NCBI GenBank assembly: GCA_964291625.2
Contig: OZ220089.1
Span: forward strand, 4,032,001-4,096,000
Source of the DNA: Candidatus Latescibacterota bacterium
GTDB taxonomy: Bacteria > Latescibacterota > UBA2968 > UBA8231
DNA: 64,000 nt
Direction of reading: 5' to 3'
Part shown: piece after piece, positions 1 through 9,093 of the stretch
Layout of the letters: each line of letters begins with the position of its first letter
Numbering within the stretch: position 1 is the stretch's first letter
Program-made: the position numbers and the translations under genes
Notes under the pieces: generated by a model
Databases searched by the model: none
What the model was told of the DNA's origin: nothing
Seen by the model: the letters and a program-made list of their open reading frames with translations, nothing else

Positions 1-487
1 AGCAGACGCCCTCGACCCGCCGCAGGGGTCCGATGGCGTCGTCGCGGAGCAGCTGCCGCGCCGTGACGAAGCCGTCGCCGAAGCGGCGCTGGTGGCAGAA
101 GGTGAGCAGCACGCCGCGCTCCTCGCAGGCCGCGTGCAGGGCCCGGGCATCCCCCCAGGTCGGCGCCATCGGCTTCTCGGCGTGGATCGCCCGGGCGCCG
201 GCGGCGGCCGCCGCCTCGATCATCGGGCGGTGCAGGTGGGGCCAGGTGCAGACGCTGACCAGGTCGAGCTCCTCCCGGTCGAGCATCTCGCCGTAGTCGG
301 CCCATATGCCCGCCACCTCGAAGCGCTCGGCCAGGGCCTTCCGCGCCTCCTCGGAGGGGTCGGCGCAGGCGGCGATCTCGACGCGCTCGTCCTCCGCGTA
401 GCCCTCGGCGTGGGCGTGGCCCCGGCCGCCGCAACCGATGATGCCCGCCCGCAGCGGCCCTCCGCTCCCTTCGTTTCCCATGGTCAT
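1..487 (-). CDS. Gfo/Idh/MocA family oxidoreductase (3' end runs off the window)
   Basis: Manual translation of the minus strand: MTMGNEGSGGPLRAGIIGCGGRGHAHA...HAEKP; Rossmann GxGxxG and EKP motifs; ATGA overlap with the sulfatase stop. Confidence 0.85.
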   Translation of the reverse strand, partial: MTMGNEGSGGPLRAGIIGCGGRGHAHAEGYAEDERVEIAACADPSEEARKALAERFEVAGIWADYGEMLDREELDLVSVCTWPHLHRPMIEAAAAAGARAIHAEKPMAPTWGDARALHAACEERGVLLTFCHQRRFGDGFVTARQLLRDDAIGPLRRVEGVC

Positions 488-1884
488 GCCTTCCTCTCCG
501 GTATCTTGGCGGCCACGGTCTCCCGCCAGGCCGCGAGCTCCTCGTGCAGATCTCGCGCCACGTCCGGGTGTCCGGCGGCCAGGTCGCGGTCCTCGGACAG
601 GTCGTCCCGCAGGTTGTAGAGCTCCCGCCGCCCGTCCTCGTAGAACTCGATCAGCTTCCAGTCCCCGCGGCGCACCGAGGAGCCCGGGGTGCCCCCTTGG
701 TTGCCGTAGTGGGGGTAGTGCCAGAAGATCGCCTCCCGCTCGAGGGCGTCGGCGCCTTCGAGCAGCGGCGCCAAGCTGACGCCGTCCACGTGCTGCTCCG
801 GCCTCGGCGGCAGGCCGGCGGCGTCGAGCAGGGTCGGGTAGAAGTCGGGGGAGGTCACCGGCACCCGGCAGCGGCTCCCGGCTTCCACTCGCCCCGGCCA
901 GCGCACGATCAGGGGCTCCCGGGTGCCGCCCTCGTACATCCAGCCTTTGCCCTCGCTCAGGGGGGCGTTGCAGGTCGGCGAGCCTTCCGACGTGGCCAGC
1001 CCGCCGTTGTCGGAGGTGAAGACGACCAGCGTGTCCTCGGCCCGGCCCGTCTCGTCGAGGGCGTCCAGCACCCGGCCGATGTTCTCGTCGAGAGCGTCGA
1101 CCATGGCGGCGTACACCGGGTCGGAGTGCAGGAGCCGGCGGCGCACGCGCTGGTCCCGCTTGTGCTCGCAGGGGAAGGGCTCGCCCTCGGCGAAGCTCTC
1201 GAAGCGGTCGAGGCCGAGGCCCTTCGCCTTGTCCTCGTAGCGGGCCACGGTATCGGCCTTGGCCTGGATCGGCGTGTGGACGCTGTAGTACCACAGGTTG
1301 AGGAAGAAGGGCCGGTCGCCGGCGTGGCGGATCAGGTCGACGGCGCGGTCGGTGAGGTAGTCGGTCAGGTAGGTACCCTCCGGCACGTCGGCATCGGCGA
1401 GGGCCTCGATCGTCCAGGGGCTGAAGTAGCCGCCGGCCCCCGGCGAGCCCCGGTGGCAGCCGCCGACGTTGACATCGAAGCCGTGATCCTCGGGCAGGTG
1501 CCCGGGGCCGCCGAGGTGCCACTTGCCCACGTGCCAGGTGGCGTACCCGGCGTCGGAGAGGGCCGCGGCCAGGGAGTGCTCGGAGGCCGGCAGGTCCTTC
1601 AGGTAGGGGACGTCGACGACCGCGCCCCGGGCCGGGTGCACCACGCCCTGCCAGTCGATCCAGTCGGTGAGGCCCACGGTGGCCGGGTACTTGCCGGTGA
1701 GCAGGCTGGCCCGCGTCGGCGAGCAGACGGGCGCGGCGGCGTAGGCGTCGGTGAAGCGCAGGCCCTCGCCGCACAGCCGGTCGAGGTTGGGCGTCTCGTA
1801 GAACTCGCTGCCGCAGCAGGCCAGGTCGGTCCACCCCAGGTCGTCGACGAGGATGAGGAGGATGTTCGGCCGGGTAGGCGTCAG
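484..1884 (-). CDS. Cys-type sulfatase (arylsulfatase A-like); start uncertain
   Basis: PNILLILVDD, CSPTRASLLTG, GKWHLG, SDNG motifs. No ATG/GTG near the PNIL motif; CTG at 1884 overlaps the upstream stop. Confidence 0.9.
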   Translation of the reverse strand: MTPTRPNILLILVDDLGWTDLACCGSEFYETPNLDRLCGEGLRFTDAYAAAPVCSPTRASLLTGKYPATVGLTDWIDWQGVVHPARGAVVDVPYLKDLPASEHSLAAALSDAGYATWHVGKWHLGGPGHLPEDHGFDVNVGGCHRGSPGAGGYFSPWTIEALADADVPEGTYLTDYLTDRAVDLIRHAGDRPFFLNLWYYSVHTPIQAKADTVARYEDKAKGLGLDRFESFAEGEPFPCEHKRDQRVRRRLLHSDPVYAAMVDALDENIGRVLDALDETGRAEDTLVVFTSDNGGLATSEGSPTCNAPLSEGKGWMYEGGTREPLIVRWPGRVEAGSRCRVPVTSPDFYPTLLDAAGLPPRPEQHVDGVSLAPLLEGADALEREAIFWHYPHYGNQGGTPGSSVRRGDWKLIEFYEDGRRELYNLRDDLSEDRDLAAGHPDVARDLHEELAAWRETVAAKIPERKA

Positions 1885-2126
1885 GGCTCGTCCTCCGGCT
1901 GCGGGGCGGCGTCCGGCGCGGCGTCGAGGTAGGGCAGCATGTCCGCGGGCACGGCGCCGCCGGCGCGTCCCCTGAGGAACTCCGCCGAGGCCTCGACAGC
2001 CCCGATCTTCTCGGCCACGGCAGACGCGATCCACTGGTTCAGGGAGACCCCGTCCTCCCTGGCGAGCCGCTGCGCCGCGGCCTTCACGGAGGCGGGGAGT
2101 TTGAGGGGGTAGGCAGACTTGCTCAT
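1881..2126 (-). CDS. HicB-like / ribbon-helix-helix antitoxin, orphan
   Basis: YPLKLPASVKAAAQRLAREDGVSLNQWIASAVAEK is a typical RHH antitoxin pattern; no toxin adjacent. Confidence 0.75.
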   Translation of the reverse strand: MSKSAYPLKLPASVKAAAQRLAREDGVSLNQWIASAVAEKIGAVEASAEFLRGRAGGAVPADMLPYLDAAPDAAPQPEDEP

Positions 2127-2207
2127 CCTGTGACCGTCCGGATTTCCCTAACCTCAGATGAAGAACGACATGGCCGCAACAGCGGCGCGATTCCCAAGGA
2201 GAGTCCT

Positions 2208-3347
2208 ATGAGCACGACCAACGACCTGCCGATCCGGGTGGAGCACCCGCGCCGCCTGGGGACTTGGACGATCGAGGCGCAGCGCCTCGACCTCGGACGG
2301 GGGTACAAGCCGAGCCTGGCGCTGCTGCCCGGGGGCGAGCTGGTCCTCGTCTCCCTGGACAGCACAGGGGACCCCGGGGCCGGCACCTGGACCGAGGTCA
2401 TGCCGCTACGGCGCTCCCTCGACGGCGGCCGCACTTGGTCGGAGCCCGAGGTGGCCGATGACGTGATCGGCCGCGAGCAGTGGCTGACCTGCACGAGCGC
2501 CGGCGTCCTGTTCTCCAGCAGCCACATCCTGGAGAGGGACGCCCGCAACGAGGACGGCACCATCCACAGCTATCTGCACCGCTCGACCGACGGCGGCCGC
2601 ACCTGGGGGCGGACGAAGCTCCTGCTGACCGGCGAGGCCCGCTGCGGCGAGCCGGAGGAGAAGTGGACGCACACCTCCCGCAACGTCGTGGAGCTGCCCG
2701 ACGGGACCCTGCTCTACGGGGTGAGCCTGGGCGATTCGGCCGTGGCCTGGATGTGGCGCTCCACGGACGGCGGCGTCACCTGGGACCGGACCCGGCGCGT
2801 GGCGATCCCCGACTACGGCGAGCGGCCCTACGACAACTTCGACGGCTTCTTCGGCGAGGACTTCACCTACCTGACTCGCGGGGGCGACCTCATCCACTGG
2901 ATCCGCTGCGGCCCCCCGAGCCCGATGTACCCGATGGAGGACGGGCGCGCGGTCCCCGCCGGTGACGACGGCATCGACCGGACCCTGATGTGCCGTTCCG
3001 CCGACGGCGGCCTCACCTGGTCGAGCCTGTCCGACTTCGGGGACTACGGCATGCACTACGTGCGGGTCCTGCGTCTGGCCGACGGGCGCCTGCTGCTCAC
3101 CTATACCCAGCGGTCCACCTTCCAGCCCCTGGGCCTGCGGGCCCTGGTCAGCCACGACGACGGCGGCACCTGGGACTTCTCGGCCGACCGGATCACCATT
3201 GAGGGGCGCACGCCCTGGGGCCTGAACCAGGGCGGCGGGTTCGGCAACACGGTGCAACTGGAGGACCGCGAGCTGCTGACCTGCTACTCGTACCGCGAGG
3301 CGCCCGACCGCACGCGCCTGGAGCTGGTGCGCTGGCGCCTGCCCTGA
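2208..3347 (+). CDS. Sialidase-like BNR/Asp-box beta-propeller protein
   Basis: Repeated SxDGGxTW Asp boxes; AAGGAGA RBS before ATG 2208; no signal peptide. Confidence 0.8.
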   Translation: MSTTNDLPIRVEHPRRLGTWTIEAQRLDLGRGYKPSLALLPGGELVLVSLDSTGDPGAGTWTEVMPLRRSLDGGRTWSEPEVADDVIGREQWLTCTSAGVLFSSSHILERDARNEDGTIHSYLHRSTDGGRTWGRTKLLLTGEARCGEPEEKWTHTSRNVVELPDGTLLYGVSLGDSAVAWMWRSTDGGVTWDRTRRVAIPDYGERPYDNFDGFFGEDFTYLTRGGDLIHWIRCGPPSPMYPMEDGRAVPAGDDGIDRTLMCRSADGGLTWSSLSDFGDYGMHYVRVLRLADGRLLLTYTQRSTFQPLGLRALVSHDDGGTWDFSADRITIEGRTPWGLNQGGGFGNTVQLEDRELLTCYSYREAPDRTRLELVRWRLP

Positions 3348-3366
3348 GCGGCGGGGCTCGCGCGAT

Positions 3367-3552
3367 TCAATCTCCCTCTTCCTGCCAGTTCTGGACTCGA
3401 GCCTTTGGTGCTTCCCACTCCAGACGCCGTTGAATCGCCTCCACACTCCGACGAGTTCGGCGAAGGTCCCACCATAGCGATACGGCCCAGCCTGTCGATA
3501 GCAGGAACCAGAGAATCGCTACCAGAATGACAGCGCCGTCAAAGAAGCTCAT
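3367..3552 (-). CDS. Small single-TM hypothetical protein (lower GC)
   Basis: GGAGGA RBS; MSFFDGAVILVAILWFLLSTGWAVSLWW hydrophobic stretch. Confidence 0.55.
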   Translation of the reverse strand: MSFFDGAVILVAILWFLLSTGWAVSLWWDLRRTRRSVEAIQRRLEWEAPKARVQNWQEEGD

Positions 3553-3567
3553 GTCTCCTCCCTTCAA

Positions 3568-4485
3568 TCAGCCTGAGAGTGAGCCGCCTTCGTTCACTCG
3601 CGATCCATCTGTTCCATCCCGCCGATCCTCCCCGCCCAGCGCGCCGGCGTACTCCTCCCGCTTCACCGTGTCGGCGAACAGCGGTCCCGCGCTGTCCTCC
3701 AGGGCCCCCGCCGCCGGCCCCCGCTCACCCAGGCGGAACATGGCCCGCGTCGCCCGGTCGACGTCGATGTCGGCCACTAGGACCTCCTCGCGCTTCAGCT
3801 CGGTTTGGGCGTGGACGCGGCCGTCGGGAGCCACGATCAGGCTGCGGCTGTTCTGGTGGGGCAGGCAGGCGTTGCATGAGGCGAACCAGACCGTGTTCTC
3901 GGCGGCGCGGGTGACGATCATGGCGTGGTGCAGGGGGATCTTCCAGTCGTTGGGGCGGGTGGTGTTGTTCTGCGGGTGGAAGACGATCTGGGCGCCGCGG
4001 CGCACGCACTCGGCCGTGGTGCCGGCGAAGCGCAGCCCCTCGAAACAGATCACCACGCCCACGGTGACGCCGCAGAGGGAGAAGGTGTGCGGGCTGGTCC
4101 CCGGCTCGTAGGCGACCGCGTCCAGGGGCGTGAGCATGGTCTTGTGGTGGGCCCCCTGGATGCAGCCGTCCTCGCCGATGACCAGAGCCGAGTTGTAGGG
4201 CTTGCCGCTCTCCGACCTCACCTCGGTGCCGAGGATGCAGGCCATGCTGAAGCGGGCGCAACGCCCCGCCACGTCCTCGTGCACGTCTTCGAGCCAGGCC
4301 ACGGGCACCGTCCCGGTTGGCTCGGCGATGTCCACCCGGTAGCCGAAGGTCTGGGCCTCGGGGAAGCAGAGGATGCGCACGTCCTGCTTCCCGGCCCGGT
4401 CCATGGCCTCCAGGATGGCGCGGTGGTTGTCCTGCCGGTCCGACGTCTGGCGTGTCTGGGCGAGGGCGATGCGCAACTCCGTCAT
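3568..4485 (-). CDS. Carbon-nitrogen hydrolase (nitrilase superfamily)
   Basis: MTELRIALAQ start; FPE / HHK / ICFE catalytic E-K-C triad; RAAEN motif. Confidence 0.88.
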   Translation of the reverse strand: MTELRIALAQTRQTSDRQDNHRAILEAMDRAGKQDVRILCFPEAQTFGYRVDIAEPTGTVPVAWLEDVHEDVAGRCARFSMACILGTEVRSESGKPYNSALVIGEDGCIQGAHHKTMLTPLDAVAYEPGTSPHTFSLCGVTVGVVICFEGLRFAGTTAECVRRGAQIVFHPQNNTTRPNDWKIPLHHAMIVTRAAENTVWFASCNACLPHQNSRSLIVAPDGRVHAQTELKREEVLVADIDVDRATRAMFRLGERGPAAGALEDSAGPLFADTVKREEYAGALGGEDRRDGTDGSRVNEGGSLSG

Positions 4486-5453
4486 GGCGTTTCTTCCGGG
4501 TTCAGGCCGATGAGCTCCGCCATGCGGGCCGGCGTCGGCAGGGCCGGCCCCAAGTGGCCCATGGCGGTCACGGCAATGGCGCCGGCGGCGTTGGCGAAGG
4601 CGCCGATGCGCTTCGGCCCCCAGCCCTCGAGGAAGCCGACCGTCGTCGCCGCCGCGTGACAGTCGCCGGCGCCGGTGGGCTCCACCACCGGCACGGGATA
4701 GCCGGGGCAGCGCACGGGCTCTTCGCCCTCGGCCAGGACCACGCAGCCCTCGGCGGCCAGGGTCACCACCGCCAGCCGCGGCCCCCGGGCGAGCAGCTCG
4801 CGGCCGGCCTCCACCGGGTCCTCGTGGCCGGTGATCGCCGCCGCCTCCTCCAGGGTGGGGGTGACCACGTCGGCGGCGGCCACGGCCTCCTCGAAGGCCG
4901 CGGCCGTCCCCGCGGCGCCGGGGAGGGCGCGCACGTTCGGGTCGAAGGAGACGGGGACCCCGGCGTCCCGGGCCGCGGCGATGGCCGCCAGGGACGCCTC
5001 GAGGGCGCCGTCGCTGATCTGCAGGGTGGTGCCGAGCACGTGCAGGGCGGCTGCCCCGGCGATGGCCCCGGGGTCGATGTCCCCCGGGCCGAGGGTGGTG
5101 GCCGCCGAGTGGCGGCGCTGGAAGGCCAGGGTGGTGCGCCCCTCGATGCACTCGTGAAAGCAGATGCCGGCCTGGCGTCCGGGGACGCGGATGATCCGCG
5201 AGACGTCGACCCCTTCCTCCGCCAGCGCGTCAACCAGGAAGTCGCTGAAGGCGTCGTCGCCGAGGCGGGTGATCAGGGCCGCCGGCCGGCCGCAGCGCAC
5301 CACCGCGGCGGCATAGGTCGCCGGTCCGCCGCCGGCGTACTTCCGCCAGTTCAGGGCGCCGCGCATGCTCTGCCCCGCCGGCTCCGGCATGAACTCCACC
5401 AGGGCCTCGCCCAGGGACAGGACCGGGGCGCCGGGGGGGGCCGCGCGGCTCAC
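4482..5453 (-). CDS. PfkB family sugar kinase (KdgK-like)
   Basis: LGEALVE, AGG, FDPNVR and EPTGAGD motifs; GTG start overlaps the E2 stop. Confidence 0.88.
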   Translation of the reverse strand: MSRAAPPGAPVLSLGEALVEFMPEPAGQSMRGALNWRKYAGGGPATYAAAVVRCGRPAALITRLGDDAFSDFLVDALAEEGVDVSRIIRVPGRQAGICFHECIEGRTTLAFQRRHSAATTLGPGDIDPGAIAGAAALHVLGTTLQISDGALEASLAAIAAARDAGVPVSFDPNVRALPGAAGTAAAFEEAVAAADVVTPTLEEAAAITGHEDPVEAGRELLARGPRLAVVTLAAEGCVVLAEGEEPVRCPGYPVPVVEPTGAGDCHAAATTVGFLEGWGPKRIGAFANAAGAIAVTAMGHLGPALPTPARMAELIGLNPEETP

Positions 5454-6781
5454 GGGACGGCGGGACCTCCGCCTCCGGGCAGGTCCCGCGGGCGCTCCAG
5501 GGCTTGGCGGATGTCCTCCAGGAAGCCGGCGGCGTAGGCGCCGTCCACGGCCCGGTGGTCGCAGGCCAGGACCAGGGTCATCACCTCGCGCACGGCCGCG
5601 GCCCCCTCCCGGGCCACGACCCGCTCCTCGCTGCGGCCGGCGGCGAGGATGCCGCACTCCGGCGGGTTGATCAGGGGCAGGAACCGCGTGATCCCGTAAC
5701 CGCCGAGGTTGGTCACCGTGAAGGTCGGCGCGGGGTCCGGCGGCACCAGGCCCCGGCGGGCGGACTCCACGAGGGTTGTCCGGGCCTCGGCCAGCTCCGC
5801 CAGGCTCCTGCGGTCGGCATCGGCCAGGGCCGGCACGAGGACCCCCTCCTCGACGGCCACGGCCAGGCCCACGTGACACCCCGCCTTGAGGACGAGGCCG
5901 CTGTCGCCGACGTGGGCGTTCAGCCGCTCGTGGCGGCGCAGGGCCCGGGCCGTGGCGGCCACCAGCAGATCGGTGAGGGAAACCACCGGATCCCCTCCCA
6001 GCTCGCGGCGCAGGGCCTGGGCCTCGGTGACGTCGACATCGGCGAAGAGGTGGAAGTGGGGGACGTGGCGGGCGCTGGCGCTCATGCGCTCGGCCACGGC
6101 CCGCCGCAACCGCGAGTGCGGCGCCGGACGGTCGCCCTGCTCGACGACGGCGGGGACCGCTGCTGGCGCCGCGGGGCCACCGCTCTCGTTCAGGGCGGCG
6201 GTAAGCACGTCGCGGCGCACGACCCGGCCCCCGGGGCCGGAGCCGCGCACCGAGGACAGGTCCACCAGCAGCTGGCGCGCCAGCCGGCGGGCCGAGGGGG
6301 AGGCGGGGGCGCCCGCGGGAGCAGGGACGGCGGCCCCGCCCCCGGATCTCCGGCCGGGACCGGCCACTGTCGGGCGCGCCTCCACGGTCGGCTCCCCGTG
6401 CGCCTCCCGAGTCGCTGGCGAGGAGGCCGTCGATGGCGAGTGCCGGGGGGCGTCGGCCTGCACCGTTTCCCGCCCGCCCGGCCCACCGGCGGACTCCTGC
6501 TCCGGAGCCGCGGCCGGGACGGAACCCGCCTGATCCGGATCCTCCCCCGGCTCGCCGATCCAGGCGATCGGCTCCAGCACCCGGGCCTGCTCCCCGGCGG
6601 CGACGTCCTGGCGCAGCAGCACCCCGTCCTCCTCGGCCGCGACCTCGAAGGCCGCCTTCTCCGACTCGACCGTGGCGACCACCTCCCCCCGCGACACGGC
6701 CTCGCCCTCGGTCTTGCACCACTCCAGCACCACGCCGGTGGTCAGGTTCTCGCCCACCTGGGGCATGAGCACGGGCCTCAT
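5450..6781 (-). CDS. Dihydrolipoamide acyltransferase E2 (acetoin/pyruvate dehydrogenase type)
   Basis: Lipoyl domain VESEKA, ASPSARRLA..GSGPGGRV subunit-binding domain, TFTVTNLG, DHR catalytic motif. Confidence 0.9.
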   Translation of the reverse strand: MRPVLMPQVGENLTTGVVLEWCKTEGEAVSRGEVVATVESEKAAFEVAAEEDGVLLRQDVAAGEQARVLEPIAWIGEPGEDPDQAGSVPAAAPEQESAGGPGGRETVQADAPRHSPSTASSPATREAHGEPTVEARPTVAGPGRRSGGGAAVPAPAGAPASPSARRLARQLLVDLSSVRGSGPGGRVVRRDVLTAALNESGGPAAPAAVPAVVEQGDRPAPHSRLRRAVAERMSASARHVPHFHLFADVDVTEAQALRRELGGDPVVSLTDLLVAATARALRRHERLNAHVGDSGLVLKAGCHVGLAVAVEEGVLVPALADADRRSLAELAEARTTLVESARRGLVPPDPAPTFTVTNLGGYGITRFLPLINPPECGILAAGRSEERVVAREGAAAVREVMTLVLACDHRAVDGAYAAGFLEDIRQALERPRDLPGGGGPAVP

Positions 6782-7791
6782 GCGTACACGGCGCGGCGCA
6801 CGGCGGCGAGGATGTCGGCCACCTGGGGGATGCAGGCCTGCTCGAGGCTGCGGCTGAAGGGGATCGGCGTGTTGCGCCCGGCCGCGATCTCCACCGGCGC
6901 GTCGAGGTAGTCGAAGGCCTCGGCCTGGATGATGGAGGCCATGTCCGAGGCGACGCCGCCGCGGCGCACGGCCTCCTGGACGATGACCACGTGCTCGGTG
7001 CGGCGCACCGACTCCAGGATCGCGTCCCGGTCGAGGGGGACCAGGCTGCGCGGGTCGATGACCTCCACCTCGATGCCCTCGGCCGCCAGCAGCCCGGCCG
7101 CCTCCAGGGACCGGGGCACCATGTTCGACCAGGCGATCAGGGTGCAGTCGCGGCCCGGCCGCTTGACGTCGGCCACGCCGAGGTCGATGGCGTAACCCTC
7201 CTCCGGCACCGGCCCCTCGGTCATGTAGAGGAGCTTGTGCTCGATGAAGACCACCGGGTCGTCGTCGCGGATGGCGCTTGCGAGGAGTCCCTTGGCGTCG
7301 TACGGCGTCGACGGCATGGCCACCTTGAGGCCGGGGATGTGGTAGAACAGGGCCTCGAGACTCTGCGAGTGCTGGGCGGCGACGGAGTCCCCGACCCCGC
7401 CCTGGGTGCGCAGGACCAGGGGCACCGAGCCCTTGCCGCCGGACATGAGCCGGAACTTGGCCGCCTGGTTCACCACCTGGTCCATGGTGAGCAGGGTGAA
7501 GTCGACGAAGAGGACCTCCACCACGGGGCGCATGCCCGTGATCGCGGCGCCGACCCCGGCGCCGACGATGCTCGGCTCGGCGATGGGGGTGTCGATGACG
7601 CGCTTCGGTCCGAACTCGTCGAGGAGGCCCCTGGTGATCTGGTAGGAGCCGCCGCGCTCGCCGATGCCGACGCCGATGCAGAACACCGAGGGGTCGCGGG
7701 CCATTTCCTGGCGCAGGGCCTCGTTCACCGCGTCCCGGTAGAGCAGGGTCCGTCCCTGCTCCGTGGGCGGAGGGGCGGTCTCGGCGGTCAC
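6778..7791 (-). CDS. 2-oxoacid/acetoin dehydrogenase E1 beta subunit
   Basis: RVIDTPIAE, AAQHSQSLE, PSTPYDAKGLL, IDPRSLVPLD motifs. Confidence 0.92.
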   Translation of the reverse strand: MTAETAPPPTEQGRTLLYRDAVNEALRQEMARDPSVFCIGVGIGERGGSYQITRGLLDEFGPKRVIDTPIAEPSIVGAGVGAAITGMRPVVEVLFVDFTLLTMDQVVNQAAKFRLMSGGKGSVPLVLRTQGGVGDSVAAQHSQSLEALFYHIPGLKVAMPSTPYDAKGLLASAIRDDDPVVFIEHKLLYMTEGPVPEEGYAIDLGVADVKRPGRDCTLIAWSNMVPRSLEAAGLLAAEGIEVEVIDPRSLVPLDRDAILESVRRTEHVVIVQEAVRRGGVASDMASIIQAEAFDYLDAPVEIAAGRNTPIPFSRSLEQACIPQVADILAAVRRAVYA

Positions 7792-8747
7792 GGCGGCAGC
7801 TGGTGGACGAAGGCGTCCACGTCCGGCTCGGGGCTGGTGCGGGCGAACTCGAGGGCCGCCTCGATCGCGGCTTCGACCTCGGCCTCGACAGCCTCCGCCT
7901 CGCCCTCCGGCGCCCCGGCCTCGGCCAGGTGCCGCCGGCAGAGGATCAGCGGGTCCCGCGACTTGTAGTGCGCCACCTGATCCTCGGGCATGTAGTCCCC
8001 GGGATCGTTCACGTGGTGCCCCGCGTGGCGGTAGGTCATCGCCTCGAGCAGGATCGGGCCGCCGCCGGCGAGGCAGCGCTCCCGGGCCTCGGCGGCGCCC
8101 TCGTACACGGCGGCCACGTCGTTGCCGTCGACGCGGGTCCCCTCGACGCCGTAGCCGAGGCCGCGCTTGTGCAGCTCGCTGAGGCGGCTGGACTTGTCGA
8201 CGGTGGTGGAGACGGCGAACTGGTTGTTCTCGATGACCAGCAGCAGCGGCAGGTCCCAGATCGCCGCCAGGTTCAGGGCCTCGCCGAAGGTGCCGTGGCA
8301 GGCGGCGCCGTCGGAGGAGAACACGACGCAAAGGCGGCTCTCGCCGCGGATGGTCGCCCCGAGGGCGGCGCCGACGCCGATGGGGATGCCGGCGCCGACG
8401 ATCCCGTTGGCGCCCAGGTTGCCCGCCTCCAGGTCGGCGATGTGCATCGACCCGCCGAGGCCGCCGCAGTAGCCGGTGGCCTTGCCGGTGATCTCGGCGA
8501 ACATGCGGTCGAGGCGGCCGCCGCGGGCCAGGCAGTGCCCGTGGCCCCGGTGGGTGGAGACGATGTAGTCGTCGGGGCCGAGGGCGGCGCAGACGCCGGC
8601 GGCGATCGCCTCCTCGCCGAGGTAGGGGTGCAGGTAGCCGCGGATCCCGCCCTGGCGGTAGAGCTGGATGCAGGACTCCTCGAAGCGGCGGATCGTGTAG
8701 AGGGTGCGGTAGAGGTCGAGCAGGAGGGTGCGGTCGAGGGAAGCCAT
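7788..8747 (-). CDS. ThDP-dependent 2-oxoacid/acetoin dehydrogenase E1 alpha subunit (AcoA/PdhA-like)
   Basis: STHRGHGH, GGSMH, SDGA...ENNQ ThDP motif, TYRHAGH. Confidence 0.92.
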   Translation of the reverse strand: MASLDRTLLLDLYRTLYTIRRFEESCIQLYRQGGIRGYLHPYLGEEAIAAGVCAALGPDDYIVSTHRGHGHCLARGGRLDRMFAEITGKATGYCGGLGGSMHIADLEAGNLGANGIVGAGIPIGVGAALGATIRGESRLCVVFSSDGAACHGTFGEALNLAAIWDLPLLLVIENNQFAVSTTVDKSSRLSELHKRGLGYGVEGTRVDGNDVAAVYEGAAEARERCLAGGGPILLEAMTYRHAGHHVNDPGDYMPEDQVAHYKSRDPLILCRRHLAEAGAPEGEAEAVEAEVEAAIEAALEFARTSPEPDVDAFVHQLPP

Positions 8748-8829
8748 GGGCGGCAAGATAGCGGAGCGGGGGACGCCGCCCCAAGTCGCGGTCTCCGGGG
8801 CGAGCCCCGGTCCCGGGCCTGGAGAAGCC

Positions 8830-9050
8830 CGTCCCCGGAGGCAGCCTTGTCGCTGCGTCCGCGAGGATCGCCGAGGATCGCCTGGACCCAGCGGCGCCCC
8901 CGTCCCGGAGGCAGCCTTGCAGCTGAGTCCGCGAGGATGGCGCCGGAAGATCGCCTGGACCCAGCGGTGGCCCCGCCCCGGAGGCAGCCTTGCAGCTGAG
9001 TCCGCGAGGATGGCGCCGGAAGATCGCCTGGACCCAGCGGCGGCCCACCC
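8830..9050. repeat. Intergenic tandem repeat, 3 copies of 70-73 bp
   Basis: CCGGAGGCAGCCTTG...GTCCGCGAGGAT...GATCGCCTGGACCCAGCGG starts at 8835, 8905 and 8978; no unique spacers. Confidence 0.9.
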
Positions 9051-9093
9051 TCCTGGCTGCGTCAGCTGCGAGCAGGGGGCAGGGTTGCGGGGG

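Noticed and set aside
8830-9050. CRISPR array
   Set aside because: Units repeat along their whole length with no unique spacers, and no cas genes are present.
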